From positions 311,798,001 to 311,862,000 of the forward strand of contig OZ024741.1 in the NCBI GenBank assembly GCA_964016885.1: 64,000 nt of DNA, in the 5' to 3' direction. The stretch comes from Eledone cirrhosa (Eukaryota). This document shows positions 32,415 to 46,587 of the stretch, piece by piece (positions within the stretch are counted from its first letter, which is position 1; each line of letters starts with the position of its first letter). The position numbers and the translations under genes were made by a program. The notes below the pieces were generated by a model. That model made no database searches, had not been told where the DNA came from, and saw nothing but the letters and a program-made list of their open reading frames with translations.

Positions 32415-32729
32415 AGAGGTGAGTTTTATTGTAGTACAATAAAGCAATGCAGATATCGGATTTTTAACCTCTCTCTGTAAAATAATATATTTTTCTCAGT
32501 TATAAAAGCTATATCTCTCTCTCTAACACCCATCTCTCCGCCTATCTCATCCTTCCTTATTATACTCCTCCCCCTCCATTCATTACTCTCATCTCCTCCT
32601 CTTTTTCATCTTCCCCCACCCCTTCATTTTTTCCCAATATCACACATCAATCTAAAACTACTTTTCATATGTTGATTTAAAACTGCACTATTCACAAGTG
32701 TTTTTTAACCTTCATATCATGTCTCCCTA

Positions 32730-32794
32730 TTTTATCTGACGAAAACGCAAAAGTCATCGCATGAATATTTGTTTTTGAAATGCGCATAATAAAA
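32730..32794 (+). ncRNA. Type I minimal hammerhead ribozyme
   Basis: ttttat-CTGACGA-[stem II]-GAAA-T GCGC ATA-ataaaa, with palindromic GCGC loop 3. Same family as 45670 and 42238. Confidence 0.78.
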
Positions 32795-32824
32795 TACATG
32801 GATCTCTTTTAACCATCTTTTGAT

Positions 32825-32871
<47 letters not shown>

Positions 32872-32928
32872 GTGAGGGTTTTTTTACAAAATGAAAAATA
32901 ACCGAGGTGTCCTACACGAGTGAAAGTA

Positions 32929-33223
32929 TAAAGAAAAAGAGATGAAATCGAAAATGCAACTGGAGTCTTATTTAAAAAAAATATATATATATATTTATTT
33001 GGTTCCTTTACCGGTTTCGCAGTTCTTCTGCTTTTCAAAAGGTGAGTTGAGATGGAGGGTCGGTGGTTTTTATCACATCTGAAAAACCACAGACCCTCCA
33101 TCTCAACTCACCTTTTGAAAAGCAGAAGAACTGCGAAACCGGTAAAGGAACCAAATAAATATATATATTTAAAAAAAAAAAATAAGACTCCAGTTGCATT
33201 TTCGATTTCATCTCTTTTTCTTT
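32929..33223. repeat. ~295-bp near-perfect palindrome, each arm carrying a variant hammerhead (33005-33042 -, 33111-33148 +)
   Basis: Arms are reverse-complementary about ~33075. Motif: cctt-TTGAAAA-gcag aagaa ctgc-GAAAC CG GTA-aagg. Confidence 0.9.
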
Positions 33224-33284
33224 ATATATATATATATATATACAAACATATATGTATATATATAACAAAGGAATTGTGGTAAGG

Positions 33285-33458
33285 AAGCAGATGGACCATA
33301 ACGCACCAGAGTACTCAATACTTAGGTCAGTAGAGTGGGAAATAGGAAAAAGTATGACCCCGACGGCAGAGCTCAAGCCGTTTCCACGTCTATTTCAGTC
33401 CAGAAACAGCCGCCGAAACTGCTTGAGCTCTGCCGTCGGGTTTATAATTTTTCCCTAT
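33285..33458. repeat. Short (TA)n-bounded element with ~100-nt GC-rich hairpin (copies 37845-38027 and, more diverged, 38250-38420)
   Basis: Shared head gaccataacg.accagagtactc.atac..ag.tagtagagt and hairpin cccgacggcagagctcaagc...gcttgagctctgccgtcggg. Confidence 0.7.
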
Positions 33459-33879
33459 ATATATATATATATATATATGGGATAACAAATTATTGTTATA
33501 GCTAATCCAGTTAGAGGTTGTGAGTACGCTGTATTATGAATAGTTTTCACGTACGTTATGTGTATATATGCGTAGAAACAATTATGTGTATATATGCGTA
33601 TATATAAATATATATATGTTTGTATATATATATATATATGTATATATATTTATTTTGTGCTTTTGCTTACCACGTGTGTTTGTTTATTTATTTTTATTTG
33701 TGTTTTTTTTCTTCTTTCGTATCGCTGTCAACTTGCTATTTATTTATTTTTTATTTTTTATTTATTTATTTATGTTTTTAAACTAGACTTTTATTCATTG
33801 ATTTCTTGTATATTTATTTTGTTTTTGTATGGTGATGTGACTGCACATGGTCGTTTATTTATTTTTATATATTTATTTA

Positions 33880-33919
<40 letters not shown>

Positions 33920-34249
33920 TATATATATGTATGTATATATATGTGTGTGTTTGTGTATTTATGTGTATGTGTATGTATATTTATGTGTATATATACATAT
34001 ACACCTATATGTATATGTGTGTGTGTGTGTGTTTATATACTTATATATTTATTAGCTTTTTCTCTTCTTCCTTCAACCTCTCTTTCATATTCCTTATATG
34101 TTTGTTTTCAAATCCACATTCAATAAAAATACCAGGAATTTTTCATTCTGATGAATGAAAGCAGATTTGCTTGCTTTCAAGAAACCACTGGTAAATGAAA
34201 TAATTATCTTAAGTTGTTTATTACATAACTAAATATATATATATATAAC

Positions 34250-34330
<81 letters not shown>

Positions 34331-34853
34331 GTATATATATATATATATATGTATGTATATATATATATATATTGTATTTGATACAGTGGATTACTGCTGC
34401 TGTAACCAAAGTAAACGTTCGAGGCCCAGGTACATATATAATCTTACATTATCTATCATACCCTAACTTTAACTGTTGTTATTACCTAGATATTAGGACA
34501 GGTTTATTTCGACATCCTCACACTGAAAGGTATAAATGCACAACTATCAAAATGCACTACGGCGTGTGATTACGGATGTGTGTCTTATGACTGGTACTAA
34601 CTAAATTGCGTAGCTCGTATTACCATCTGTGCATGTACACCTATCCTATGTATCTGCATATATTCACGACTATATGCATAGGAGGATGTTCAAACACGTG
34701 CGTACATGTTTATATATGAATATACCCATCCGTGCCTGTTTTTAAAGCTATGCACCTACAGACGGTCATACTAACATGGTCTTATGTTAACCGTCTAAGA
34801 TGTTACACCTCAAACTTGCTTGGTATGGTGATATCTCAGAGTGGCTTGCGTTT

Positions 34854-35154
34854 ATCTATATATATAAAACTGAGGATGTATGCCTGTGTGTGAGTTTGAA
34901 TCCCTAAAACTCGAGAACCATCCAGCCCATTGTTTTCAGACTTTACACATATAACACCTATATTTCAGGGAGTGTTCTGAGCAAAAAAGAATTTCAAAGT
35001 ATCAATGCCTTAGGGACCGCATTAGGCGATTTAACAATCTCTCTCTATAATTCTTACTTTTTCTCCTTTTAAATAGAAATATACATATAACTTCGCGCCC
35101 TTATAATGTCTGGCTGTATCTCTGACTGTCTGCATTACATCACTTCCCTGAGGA

Positions 35155-35216
<62 letters not shown>

Positions 35217-35801
35217 TGTGAGCTTGAATCCCTAACATTCGAGAATTACCCAACCGACTTTTTTCAAACTTTACATGTGTATTACTTATGTTTCAGGGAG
35301 TGTTCAACTTTTTGGTCCCTAGGGCCCGCATTAGTTGAAAAACTGCGTCTTTTTCAGGTTTTTAGGGGGTTTTGAGTCGTTACGTCAGACTGATTTCCTT
35401 GAAATTGTAACTATGTATTAATCAGTCTCTTCTTCATACTGTGAGCAAAGAAAATCCAACTTGTTTACGGCCTAGAGCCCGCATTAGGTGAAAATCTTCA
35501 TTGTTTCAACTTTTTAGGGCTTTTTTGAGGCCTGTGTCTAGCCGATTTTCCGGAAATTTCAAGTCATATTATGCACATAAACAAACATTCATTTCCTCGA
35601 TCTCCTAGGGCCCGTATTAGGTGAAAACATGCATTTTTCCTGCTACATCGAGGAAAATCTTAAAGATTATCCAGCCATCAGAGTATTCGGTTTATTTTCT
35701 TTATATATTGTCCACGCATGCAGTTTTTCCACGATTAGGTCTGCTGGCGGCCCGCGTTCCAAAATACCTTATCGCGTGCAACGCCGGGTACCACTGCTTG
35801 T
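34854..35801 (+). mobile_element. Non-autonomous Helitron-like element
   Basis: 5' TCTATATATATAAAA start, internal repeated subunits (cctagggcccgcattaggtgaaaa), and 3' GCAACGCCGGGT..CT(T)GT end. The same 3' motif ending CTAGT is at 43790-43818. Confidence 0.6.
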
Positions 35802-36524
35802 ATATGATATAAGTAAACTTAAGCATGTTTAAAACTATTATATGAAATTAAATGTTCACTATATCTTTCAACAGCTGCAATTCACACCCATAATACTAAA
35901 AGTAGTACTATTCCAAGTCATTAGTAATGCAATTTGCTATGCTAACGTAGTAACACCGGACATAAATTTAGCAGATCGCTTAAGGGTAAAGACACCACCA
36001 TTGGCTTAACATCGCTATATTTGAATTCATTAATCCCATACTGTTATAAAAACAACTGCTGTTCCTATCATGGTGTAAATGATTTCAACTTCAGATTTTC
36101 GTTTATCTCTGAGTAACAAGAATAAACAATAATGTGCCTTCTTTTGCAGAATTCTTCATTCTTAGTTTAATTATGTCTCATTCTAGAGTGCTATATATGC
36201 CTATAGGATTTATGGCTATAAGTCTCAAGCCTTAAGATACTATTTCACTATATTTGCCATTTATCCGCTTCCATTTGTTCCCTTGAATCTTCCATGGCTT
36301 GCTTATAATCTTGCTACTTGTGAAGAAATAATTTATTCTGTCCCACTTCCAAATAAATGAATTTGATGATTAATACTATGCGAATAATTATTAATTGTAA
36401 CAGATTGATTCATTGTTTAAACGTAAATACACGTCTCTCATCTGTATAGAAACAATTGTCGTGATTAATGATGGACATGATTTAAAAACCTTTGGTAATT
36501 GATTATATATATATATATATACAG

Positions 36525-36685
36525 TAAACGTGGTTGGTGTCAGGAAGAGCATCCAGCCGTAGAAAACCTGCCAGACAGTCCTATACGTGCAAGACAACCA
36601 ATCTTGCCTCAAGTGGGACAATTCCCGTCTAAACCCATGCTAGCGTGGAAGATAGACGTTAAACGATGATGATGATGATGATGAT
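36525..36685 (+). mobile_element. SINE/RTE-tail fragment ending in (GAT)n
   Basis: ggttggtgtcaggaagagcatccagccgtagaaa...aacccatgctagcgtggaagatagacgttaaacgatgatgat; partial inverse copy at 46548-46620. Confidence 0.7.
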
Positions 36686-36718
36686 ATATAATAGGTAAGG
36701 AGCATCAATTCGAGATAC

Positions 36719-36790
36719 CTTGGCAGCTTTGACCAGTATAACCTGTAGCACATCCATCTAAACATATTCCATATCGATTCTCACAGTTAA
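36719..36790 (-). pseudogene. 3' half of an EGF-like exon (NCENRYGICLDGCATGYTGQSCQ)
   Basis: Paralogous to 49875-50006 and ends in the CAAG|gtat donor. The 5' half and acceptor are absent. Confidence 0.7.
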
Positions 36791-36979
36791 AGGTACATTA
36801 CAGAGAGAGGTTTTATGTTTATGTAAAAGCATAATAACAATTTTACGATATCTTATGAACCCATCGAAAAAAACGAAGAATATAATTAAAATCTTTGCAT
36901 GTACAAATATCAGAAATCCTTCCTTGAGTCAGTTCTACAGTAATTATTAATGGTATTCTTACATTTAAAGACAATAATT

Positions 36980-37078
<99 letters not shown>

Positions 37079-37587
37079 GAGTATAGGGTTAAGTGGTATT
37101 GTCGGTTGTGAACCAAATAAAAAGAAGCCCTCGACGACCTGTATAAATGGTGCAAGCTGGAGCATTATATATTAATAAAAGATAATCCTCAGCGAAATAT
37201 GTATAACGGAGTTTAATAAACCTGAATCAACTGAATATGGCCTCCTATCTTTTATTAATATATATATGATGGCTGCAACTTGATTTCGAATAATGACATC
37301 GCTTGATACTGAAGCATGTGCATCACGGACATGGCTTTTAAGTTATACTGGGACTTGCCTATCGCCAGCAATACCATGAAACACAAAAACATGTCACCTA
37401 CCAAGCGATGCCTGTGCTTGAAGCTATTTTAAGCGACGAAAGGCTTTGCACGGAGCCACTCCCACTCTCTGAACTTCGAATGCATTTGACCTAAAAGTAG
37501 AACTGTTCTACATCATTCGCAGGGTTTATATCGGAGTGACCTTCTCCCAGGGAGATGTCTTATTGAAGACTAGGAGTCTCTCGATCC

Positions 37588-37653
<66 letters not shown>

Positions 37654-37687
37654 TATATATATATATATAAATATATATATATATATT

Positions 37688-37807
<120 letters not shown>

Positions 37808-38021
37808 GTATATATATATATATATAGAACGAAGGAAGTGCGGTAAGGAACCAGCTGGACCATAACGGACCAGAGTACTCGATACGTTGGGTAGTAGAGT
37901 GGGTAATGGGGAAAAGTTGAGGACCCTGACGGCAGAACTCTTGCCGTTTCGACGGCTATTTCAAGTATTGCAGAAATACCCGCCGAAACGGCTTGAGCTC
38001 TGCCGACGGGGTCCTGAACCT

Positions 38022-38052
<31 letters not shown>

Positions 38053-38564
38053 ATGAGTGAAGAATAACACGGATCGGCTGTACAATAGAGAGTATTCGAA
38101 GTATTAACAAATGTTTCATTAGTCCGCTGTGATTAAAAGCGCTATTCGCAGTATGGGGCATCACCCGATTTTAATTACAATTGACACCCGATCAAATATA
38201 TATTTCAAAACATTATATATCTCAGGATAGAACCAGTTTGAAACTCGTTAGACCATTACTCTAGAGAGTACTCGACACTTGGGGTAGTAGAGTATGGCTC
38301 TATTATAATGAGGCAGTATCCGAGGACTGAGCTCTAGCCTTTTCAACAACTAGTTCGAGAGTCTGGAGCTAGCTAACTAGCTGTTGAGATAAGGAGGGAT
38401 AAGCCGTTGGGTTCCGATTCCTTAATATATATATATACATATATATTTAATATAAAAAAGGTGTCTACACCACTTGAACTGTTTCATTCTGGAGAATCCA
38501 TCAATTAAGCCCGTGATGGTGAAGAGGGGCACTGTAAGACCGAAAAGATACGTTTTTCCCGTGT

Positions 38565-40765
38565 TCAATCGGGGGTAACCACAGTGATTAAGGTAGTCAT
38601 TACATGGCAGAGTATGTTTATATCATCAACGTAGCGGGAGTACATTATCAGGGTTAAGAGGTTGCTGTCTTCTAATTGTTCTTTAAGTTTAAGTTTATTT
38701 TCCCACCATACCATGAATAGGTCAGCTATGTCACCTGCAATGCTAACACCAATGGCTGCTCCCTCCTCTTGGTCATATGTTTTTCCATTAAATTTGAACA
38801 TATGTTCCTTAAGGGTTAGTTGTATACTGGCCCCCACCGTATGTGCAATCATTTTCTTTAGTTCATCGTGGTTTTCGGGTGTCCGTATGGCTCTGGTCCA
38901 CCCGTTCCATCTTTCTGTGTGGGTTTTCTTGGCCATTGAGGTATTGGTAGGTGGTCTGACTCTGGCTGGTCTTGTAGGGCACATGTTTCCAAGGTCGTAT
39001 GTATCTAGATAATCATTACTATAGGTAAGTTTAAGTAGGAGTCCCAGCTCACTGGTATCAGTCCCAAGGAATTCAACATTGCTCTCACTGATCATTTCTA
39101 CGCATTTCTCCACAGCAAAATCCATCAATGGATGGATATAGGGACACAACATCCATACTACCTATTATGCAGTTTGTTAGGTCCCTAGATCGGTTATTTT
39201 CGCTGATTCTGCTGAGGAGGTCCTCCGTGCTGTCACATATATCTGTGGACATTTCAATGATGGGGCGTATGATAAGGGAGAGGAAGTAGGAAAGTATGTA
39301 GTTACTAGCAATGTTAGCTCCACAGACTGGCCGTGTTGCTGGTCCTGTGACAGGGTCACTGTTCGTCTTATGGTCTTTTCGAAGCCCATACAACGCTGGC
39401 AAATCATTGTTCCAGGCCTGGAAGTTGTTGGCATTCCTTTTATTGGGCTGCATTATGTTTCTCCACATCATCATATGGGCATTGAGGGTTTTCTCCCTAA
39501 CTTCATGCTCTTGTGGTGTTACTTCTCTTGTGTTAGTGATGTGGGGTTGCATTGACTGGATGTAGTTTGACAGATTGTCAACCGACATTCTGCCAGACTT
39601 GTCTGTTGGAAAGCATGGAATCTCTCCATTACGCGAGCGCTGAATGAGCTTACGCAAGCCATTTGCAGATTTTTCTCCCAGTTGCTGGGCCTCCATTCTA
39701 TTTTGCTTCTTGCTATACTGTTCTATAATATTTCTAAGTTTAGATCTAGCTATACTAAATTGTGCTTCTGTTTGTTCATCAACCTGCGACGGCAATTATT
39801 GTTGTTGTTGTTGTCTCCGTGTATGTTATTATTGTTGTGTGTGTTGTTGTTATTGTTGTTTGTGTCTGTGTGTCCGTTGTTGTCTCTGAGTATGTTATTA
39901 TTGTTGATGTGTGTATTGTTGTTGTTATCGTTGTTTGTGTCTGTGAGTCTGTTGTTGTTGTTGGGATGTGTGCTGTATGTGTGTGTGTTCGTATGTTGTT
40001 ACTTTTGTTTTTGTTTTTGTAAATGATTTTTCAACGTAATTTTGTAAATTTTTTTTCTATTTCTGACAAGCATCTTATCATATTTACCTTATTATATGGG
40101 GCATATTTAGGTGGTAACTCTAATATAGATAATTCATCAGAGTCGACTCTAGTGTTGCCGTATATATTTGTGTTGTTGTCGTTGAATTCATCCGTTAATG
40201 AGATGTCGGCCATGTTTATACCATCAATCTTGTCTGGATATTTATCTCTATTCTCTGAAGTTTCTTGGTTTAGTTTCATCTGTTTGAGCCACTTCAATTT
40301 CTTGTTAAAGTGTCTGTTGCACTCCTGGACGTAATATTTATCTTCGTCACGAATAATGTTTATATATAGTAATTTTTCTCTTGGTGTGGTGATCTTAGTT
40401 ATTTCTTGTATTAGGTTAAGCTTATGTTTTTCTTGATGACTTAATTCTCTGTAAATCTTTTTTATGTTTAGAATTAGTGTTGGTTTTAGCCTATCTGCTT
40501 GCTTTTTGGTAAGTTGTAATCTTCTTACATCGGTGTTGGTGGTGTTGGTGTAAACCCGGGATGAAGCACATTCGTTTCTGAAGTGTAGTTGTCGAGATGT
40601 TATTGTTTTTCGTAGACAACAGAACATGGTGCTTTTCAGTATCTTGTTAGCCTGGCTAAGGCATACGATATATCGTTTCTGAATTTGTTTAGCAAGATTC
40701 TTTATCTGAAAACGTGTGTTGAAACCGATATTGTTATGCTTTGGGAGGGTCATGTTGCCAATAAG
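38565..40765 (-). mobile_element. Penelope-like element ORF, N-terminus through RT, 3'-truncated pseudogene
   Basis: Starts MTLPKHNN. Contains PTDKSGRM, ALYGLRKDHK, RPVCG, GSMDVVSLYPSI, YDQEEGAAIG and YSRYVDDI. TGA at KLR(W), frameshifts and an Asn-rich linker at 39795-40030. Confidence 0.9.
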
Positions 40766-40774
40766 GTGAGACAG

Positions 40775-41422
40775 ATCTTAGTATAGGAGACCGGTTAAAC
40801 GAACACTGGCGAGAGCTTCAAGATAAAAAAGAATCATCAATACTCCACCAACATGCTAAAATAGAACATAAGGGCAAATTAGAGATCATAGAAATAAAAA
40901 TAAAATTTACACACAGAAAAGACGCAATGTTTAGACAAATCATAGAGGCAATAAACATAAATGAATTGCAACCAAAATTAAATAGGAAACATAAATGGAA
41001 TAGGAACATCACAGCTTACAATTAAGGACAACATGAAAACACACACACATAAAACAAACAACCAAGAAGTAACATGTAAATAAACAAATAAATAAACAAA
41101 TAAAAACACACACACAGACACCCGGATGTAACACATGCGCAAACTAAGCACACAACACACACACAAATAAGATGGCGTAGGACAGAACAAAGGAGAGACA
41201 CAAAACAAAGAAGAGAATCCCCAGTCACTGAAGAGGTCACATAATGCGTGACGAAAGAACTTTGACAATATATGAAAAACCGTCCGGTTGTGGAACCTTG
41301 CAATCAATCGGAAATTTATAAATTCTTAAATTTATAAATTCAATTTATAATAAATTGGAGTGAAACCAACTGGCGCGTGTGTTTCTTATTGGGAACATGA
41401 CCCTCCCAAAGTATAACAATAT
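40775..41422 (+). mobile_element. Inverted upstream PLE segment: GIY-YIG C-terminus + 3' UTR + HHR + ORF start
   Basis: Plus frame reads SIGDRLNEH...ILHQHAKIEH...RQIIEAININELQPKLN. HHR at 41224-41266 (gtca-CTGAAGA-g-gtcac..gtgac-GAAAGAACTT-tgac). 41385-41422 is the reverse complement of the ORF start at 40729-40765. Confidence 0.85.
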
Positions 41423-41494
<72 letters not shown>

Positions 41495-43449
41495 TAATAA
41501 TAGTATTTATACTTTTATATGAGTTATATATAATTATAAATATGGAAGGGTAGTATGCTGTTGTTAGAAAATTAAAATGTTGTTTCTATCATAGCTTTAT
41601 ACATATAATCTGTATATTTATTTGTAATTTGGATATCTAGCGATATGCGGTATGTTTATCTATCTATATATATATTACTAAATGTCTGTGATTGCTTGCT
41701 TGCTTGTCTGTAATGTAATGCAGCGACAAGGACGAATAATGGGAAAATACTTTGAATGGAAGTTGCCCCTGGAATGGATATACAAATGGAATGAAACAAG
41801 TTTCGCTTAAATTGGACCACGGGTTCTTGAGATATGGGGTTTTTCCGGGTACCTTCATAAACAAAGAGAGAGAAAGATAGAGAGGAAAAGATAGTGGTTG
41901 TGACAGAGTAGATTGAAAGAGAGACATAGAGAGAGAGGGGGAGAGGAGACAGAAAAGGAGAATGGAAGAGAGCTGGTGATGTTGTATATATATGTGAGTT
42001 TGTGTGTATATATATGTGTTTGTCTATGTGTGTGTGTGTCTATGACAAGTGCATATAGATCACAGACATCCATATACATATACGCACACACATACATATA
42101 AAGATATATATATATGTAGAAGGTGAGTAATATTGTAGAACAATAAAACTATGCATATATCAGATAAGTAACACTCAACAGTTGGTAGAACTGGAGTATA
42201 TATTAAAGAAGAAATTAAAAGATGTTTAAAAAATATATTTTATTATGCGCATTTCGAAAACAACATCATCCTGGGACAAAAATTGTGTTCTCATCAAATA
42301 AAATAAGGTAACATGATATGAGGCCCAAAAATCATGTCAACAAGAAAGTGTTCAGTTTACTTATGACGAAAATATACGACTAAGAGAAAAATAGGGAAAA
42401 ATTAAGAAAAGGAAAGAAGAAGGAAAAAAGAAAAAGAAATAGAAGAAAGGAAAAGGGGAAAAAGAAAGAAGGAAGAGAGAGAAAGAGAAAGAGAGAGAGA
42501 GAGACTTTTGATCAGGAACTCTGTCAAAATGAAAACAGCTGTAAATAACGGCTAAAAAAATAAATTGATGAGGCGTATGTGCGAATATTATAGATGGTAT
42601 TCAAATATTAGAGGTCTAACATATAGAAACTGGGTATATTATTTTATATTGGGTTTAAATATTAAAACTTGGATTAAGAAGTGTAAAAATGTATTAATAA
42701 AATAAAATAAAATAAAATAAAATAAAATAAAAATAATTATAAAAAAGGTTTTTAAAATAAAATAAGATGAAATAAGATAGAATAAAAAAATAAAAATAAG
42801 AATAGTCTATCTATGTCAAAAACAAACATTTCTATTAAAAATCTATATATGTGGGGTATACTATTTAATTATTATTTTATATCAACAAGTAAATAAAGGA
42901 AATTGCTAGAATATACTATATAAATTGGAAGTGGTCGTACGTTGTATATTTAAGTAAGTAGGTGTAGTCGGATAAACGTCGAAATGGCTTTGTGGAATGC
43001 AGCGAAAATTTACACAGATATGCAGACAGGAAGACGATATTTTGGTTTGTGAAGACGTTCCCTGGCAATGAACGGGAAAAAAGCGAGGATAATACGTCGG
43101 TATGAGGAGCGAGAAGAACAATCTCATGCAAAGACAAGACCAAGTTGATGGTATCAATGGAGTCGTTAGACTAATATTCTATTTTTTTAAATAGAATATT
43201 TTTAAACAGAATGATTTCCAGCCCAGGAGTTTAAGAATGATGTAAATAAAATTGAAAACAAAAATGACAGAGGTTATTAAAATAGTAAAAGTAAATAGTG
43301 AAAATTTAGGCCAGTACATACGTATGCCCCGACGGACATACACATACATACGCACACACAAATACATACACACCCACAAACACACACACACGCACGCACG
43401 CACGCGTACGTATACTCCTTATGCATTTCTACAGTATTTTCACCATACT

Positions 43450-43818
43450 TAAGACATAGGTTACTTATGTACTCCGGATGGTCATGGCCACTTTCATTTT
43501 TCGAGATATTGATTATAGGACCTCTCGGCAGATAACCCCCTTTACCCACTTTCTTGGAGTCGACTGAAGCACTGCAATGCAATGCAACAAAACGTTATAA
43601 CTTCTGGAGTTCGCAACCGATTATCACAAAATTTGACACATGGACTACGTTTGTCCTACAGATGAATGTGAACTCTCAGAATTGGCAGGAACCCCCTTTT
43701 GAAAAAAGCCGATGATTTTGTAAAAATATAGTTTTTGAAGCAGCAGTGAAGTATTGACATAAATGGTATACTCAACTGCTATTTAATACCAGAGCAACGC
43801 CGGGTACCTCTGCTAGTG
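43450..43818 (+). mobile_element. Helitron-like 3' fragment
   Basis: Ends GAGCAACGCCGGGTACCTCTGCTAGT (subterminal GC-rich motif + CTAG), same motif as 35777-35801. Confidence 0.5.
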
Positions 43819-45669
43819 ATTTATAAACGTAGAAAAACATATGGCGTGATAGATTGTTTAAAAAATCTAGGGCTGGATATCCAGACAAAATTAGATACAC
43901 TAAGGAAACTAATCTTGGCAGAACTTATAGTAATGTAACTAGTAATAATCATACCACTAACAAAAGGAGGAGACCTAGATATGAAAATATATGTACCTTT
44001 GGTTCAACGCACCCTTCTCTCTTTCAGTTATTAATAATATCCCTAAATTATTTTTTAGGGCTTTAGATAACAGCTTCCGCCCTTCACATATATATAGTAA
44101 GATTTTCAATAAGCATACAATTAAATTCTCATACTGCACTATTCCATCATTTCTAAAATTATCTCAAGACATAATTCTAAAATAGTAAATAATAACTCAT
44201 ATGCATCCAACCATGAGAGTTATAATAATAACACTGTGAGGCCCGAGGTCATGTAAACTCTAGGCAAAATAACACAAGTATAAATAAGACGTCAAATGTA
44301 ACTTGGAGGAATGCTTCAAATAGTAATGTAAATCTGAAAACTTTAGCACCTCCTTTAGCTAATTCCTCCACTCCAGTTCCTAATATAATTAATCCTGGTC
44401 CACTTGCAAATAACTCTGTTAATAATCTTAATCGTAAATGCCACTACCCTATTACAACTAATTGTCCTCTTAGTAATTTCTGTCTCGATAAAAACCTAGT
44501 ATACGAATGTAAAGTGGTAACTAGTACCAATACCTATACCTACATTGGCTCTACTTCTACCTCTTTTAAAGGAAGACACTATAATCATTCTTCTACATTT
44601 AAATATCCACTTAAAAGGACCAACACCGCACTCTCAGAACTTATTTCGTCCTTAAAAGACAAAAACATTAATTACGAAATTTCTTGGCGTAAAATCTGCA
44701 ACGCTTCTCCATACTCCAATATCTAGTGTTTGTAATTTATGTGTAGCTGAAAAATTCACCATTATCTCGAAGTCCAACTCTATAATAAATAGACGTACAG
44801 ATTTATTTGCTCTTTGTAATCATAAATCCTTCAAGACCTTCCATAGAGTATATAGCTAATGTCCTATAAGATATTCCATGAATAACGGTTAATTTTTTAC
44901 ACATATATATATATTTTTTTACACATATATTTTTTCACACATTTTGTTCACACATATTTCATTATATTCTACAATGTATTAATTCAGTTTTCTCAGCATA
45001 TTTTAAGCCTTTTACCTTTTTCTCTATAGCTTTAATTTTTGTTCAAACCTTCATAGATTTTGTAAACAAACGATGACGTCATATGTTATTCTACGTTTAT
45101 AATTCATTCTCACAATCTCCTTTATTTACTTGTTGATATAAAATGATATTTAAATAGTATACCCCACATGTATAGATTTTCAATGGAAATTTTTATTTTT
45201 GACATAGATAGATTATTCTTATTTTTTATTTTTTATTCTATCTTATTTTATCTTATTTTATTTTAAAAACCTTTTTTATAATTATTTTAAATTAATTTTA
45301 TTTTATTTCATTAATACATTTTTACCCTTCTTAATCCAGGTTTTAGTATTTAAACCCAATATAACATAATATACCCAGTTTCTATATGTTAGACCTCTAA
45401 TATTTGAATACCATCTATAATATTCGCACATACACCTCATCAATTAATTTTTTTAGCCGTTATTTACAGCTGTTTTCATTTTGACAGCATTCCTGATCAA
45501 AAGTCTCTCTCTCTTTCTCTTTCTCTCTCTTCTTTTTTTCCTTTTTTCCTCTCTTCTATTTATTTTTCTTTTTTCCTTCTTCTTTCCTTTTCTTCTTTTT
45601 TCCTATTTTTCTCTTGCTCGACACTTTCTTGCTGACAAGTGATTTTAGGCCTCATATCCTGTTACCTTA

Positions 45670-45735
45670 TTTTATCTGATGAGAACATAATCTTTGTCCC
45701 AGGATGATGTTGTTTTCGAAATGCGCATAATAGAA
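45670..45735 (+). ncRNA. Type I minimal hammerhead ribozyme
   Basis: ttttat-CTGATGA-gaacataatc..gatgatgttgttttc-GAAA-T GCGC ATA-atagaa. Confidence 0.75.
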
Positions 45736-46404
45736 TATATGGAACTTTTTTAACCATCTTTTAATTTTTTCTTTTATACATATATATACATATACACATA
45801 TACATACATATATACACACACACATTTATATATATACATAAACACACATATATCTATATATGGGCCTTCCAATTTCATTTTACATTATATACATGTCTGT
45901 GTATATATTAGTTATTAAAAATCATTTTTAAGTGAACGTCATTTTTCAAAAATATTTTGAAGGGTACGTGAAATTTAGTGTATCAATATAATACTAAAAG
46001 TCTGCGATTGCTTGTTTCCTTGTCTGTAATGTAATACAGCCAAAAGGGCGCATAAGGGGAAAATACTTTGTGAGGGACTTGAGTCTGAAATGGGAATATA
46101 AATGGAATAAAACAAGTTTTGCGTAAATCGAAGCATGCGTTCCCGAGATATGGGATTTTTCTGAGAGAGTGAAAGATAGAGAGAAAGAGATAGTGGTTGT
46201 AAGAGAGTAGATTGAAAGAGGATATAGAGATAGGGAGAGGAGATGGCGAATGAGATGGAGCAGGTGGCGTTGTTGTGCATATATATATATGTGAGTGTGT
46301 GCGTATAAGTCTATGACCAGTGTATATAGATCACATACACCCACACACACACATACACACACACACACATATATATATATGTATGTATACACACACACAC
46401 TCGA

Positions 46405-46461
<57 letters not shown>

Positions 46462-46548
46462 AATACATACACACATTTACATACATACACACACGTATAT
46501 ATATATATAGGCCTTCCGGTTTCATTTCACATTATATACATGTCTGTC

Positions 46549-46587
<39 letters not shown>

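Larger units (their letters stand above)
42200..45770 (+). mobile_element. PLE remnant (thumb + GIY-YIG, 43850-44860) between ~650-bp inverted repeats
   Basis: WFNAPFS..FFRALDNSF..IFNKHTIKFSY, LVYECKV..YIGSTSTSFKGRHYNH and CNLCVAEK. 42200-42905 is inverted at 45115-45770. HHRs at 45670-45735(+) and 42238-42304(-, C3U). Confidence 0.85.

Noticed and set aside
40031-40033. In-frame TGA in the PLE ORF as possible selenocysteine (as in some Naiad PLEs)
   Set aside because: It falls at a KLR-W-like position (TGG>TGA), the ORF also has frameshifts, the endonuclease appears C-terminal, and I saw no SECIS.
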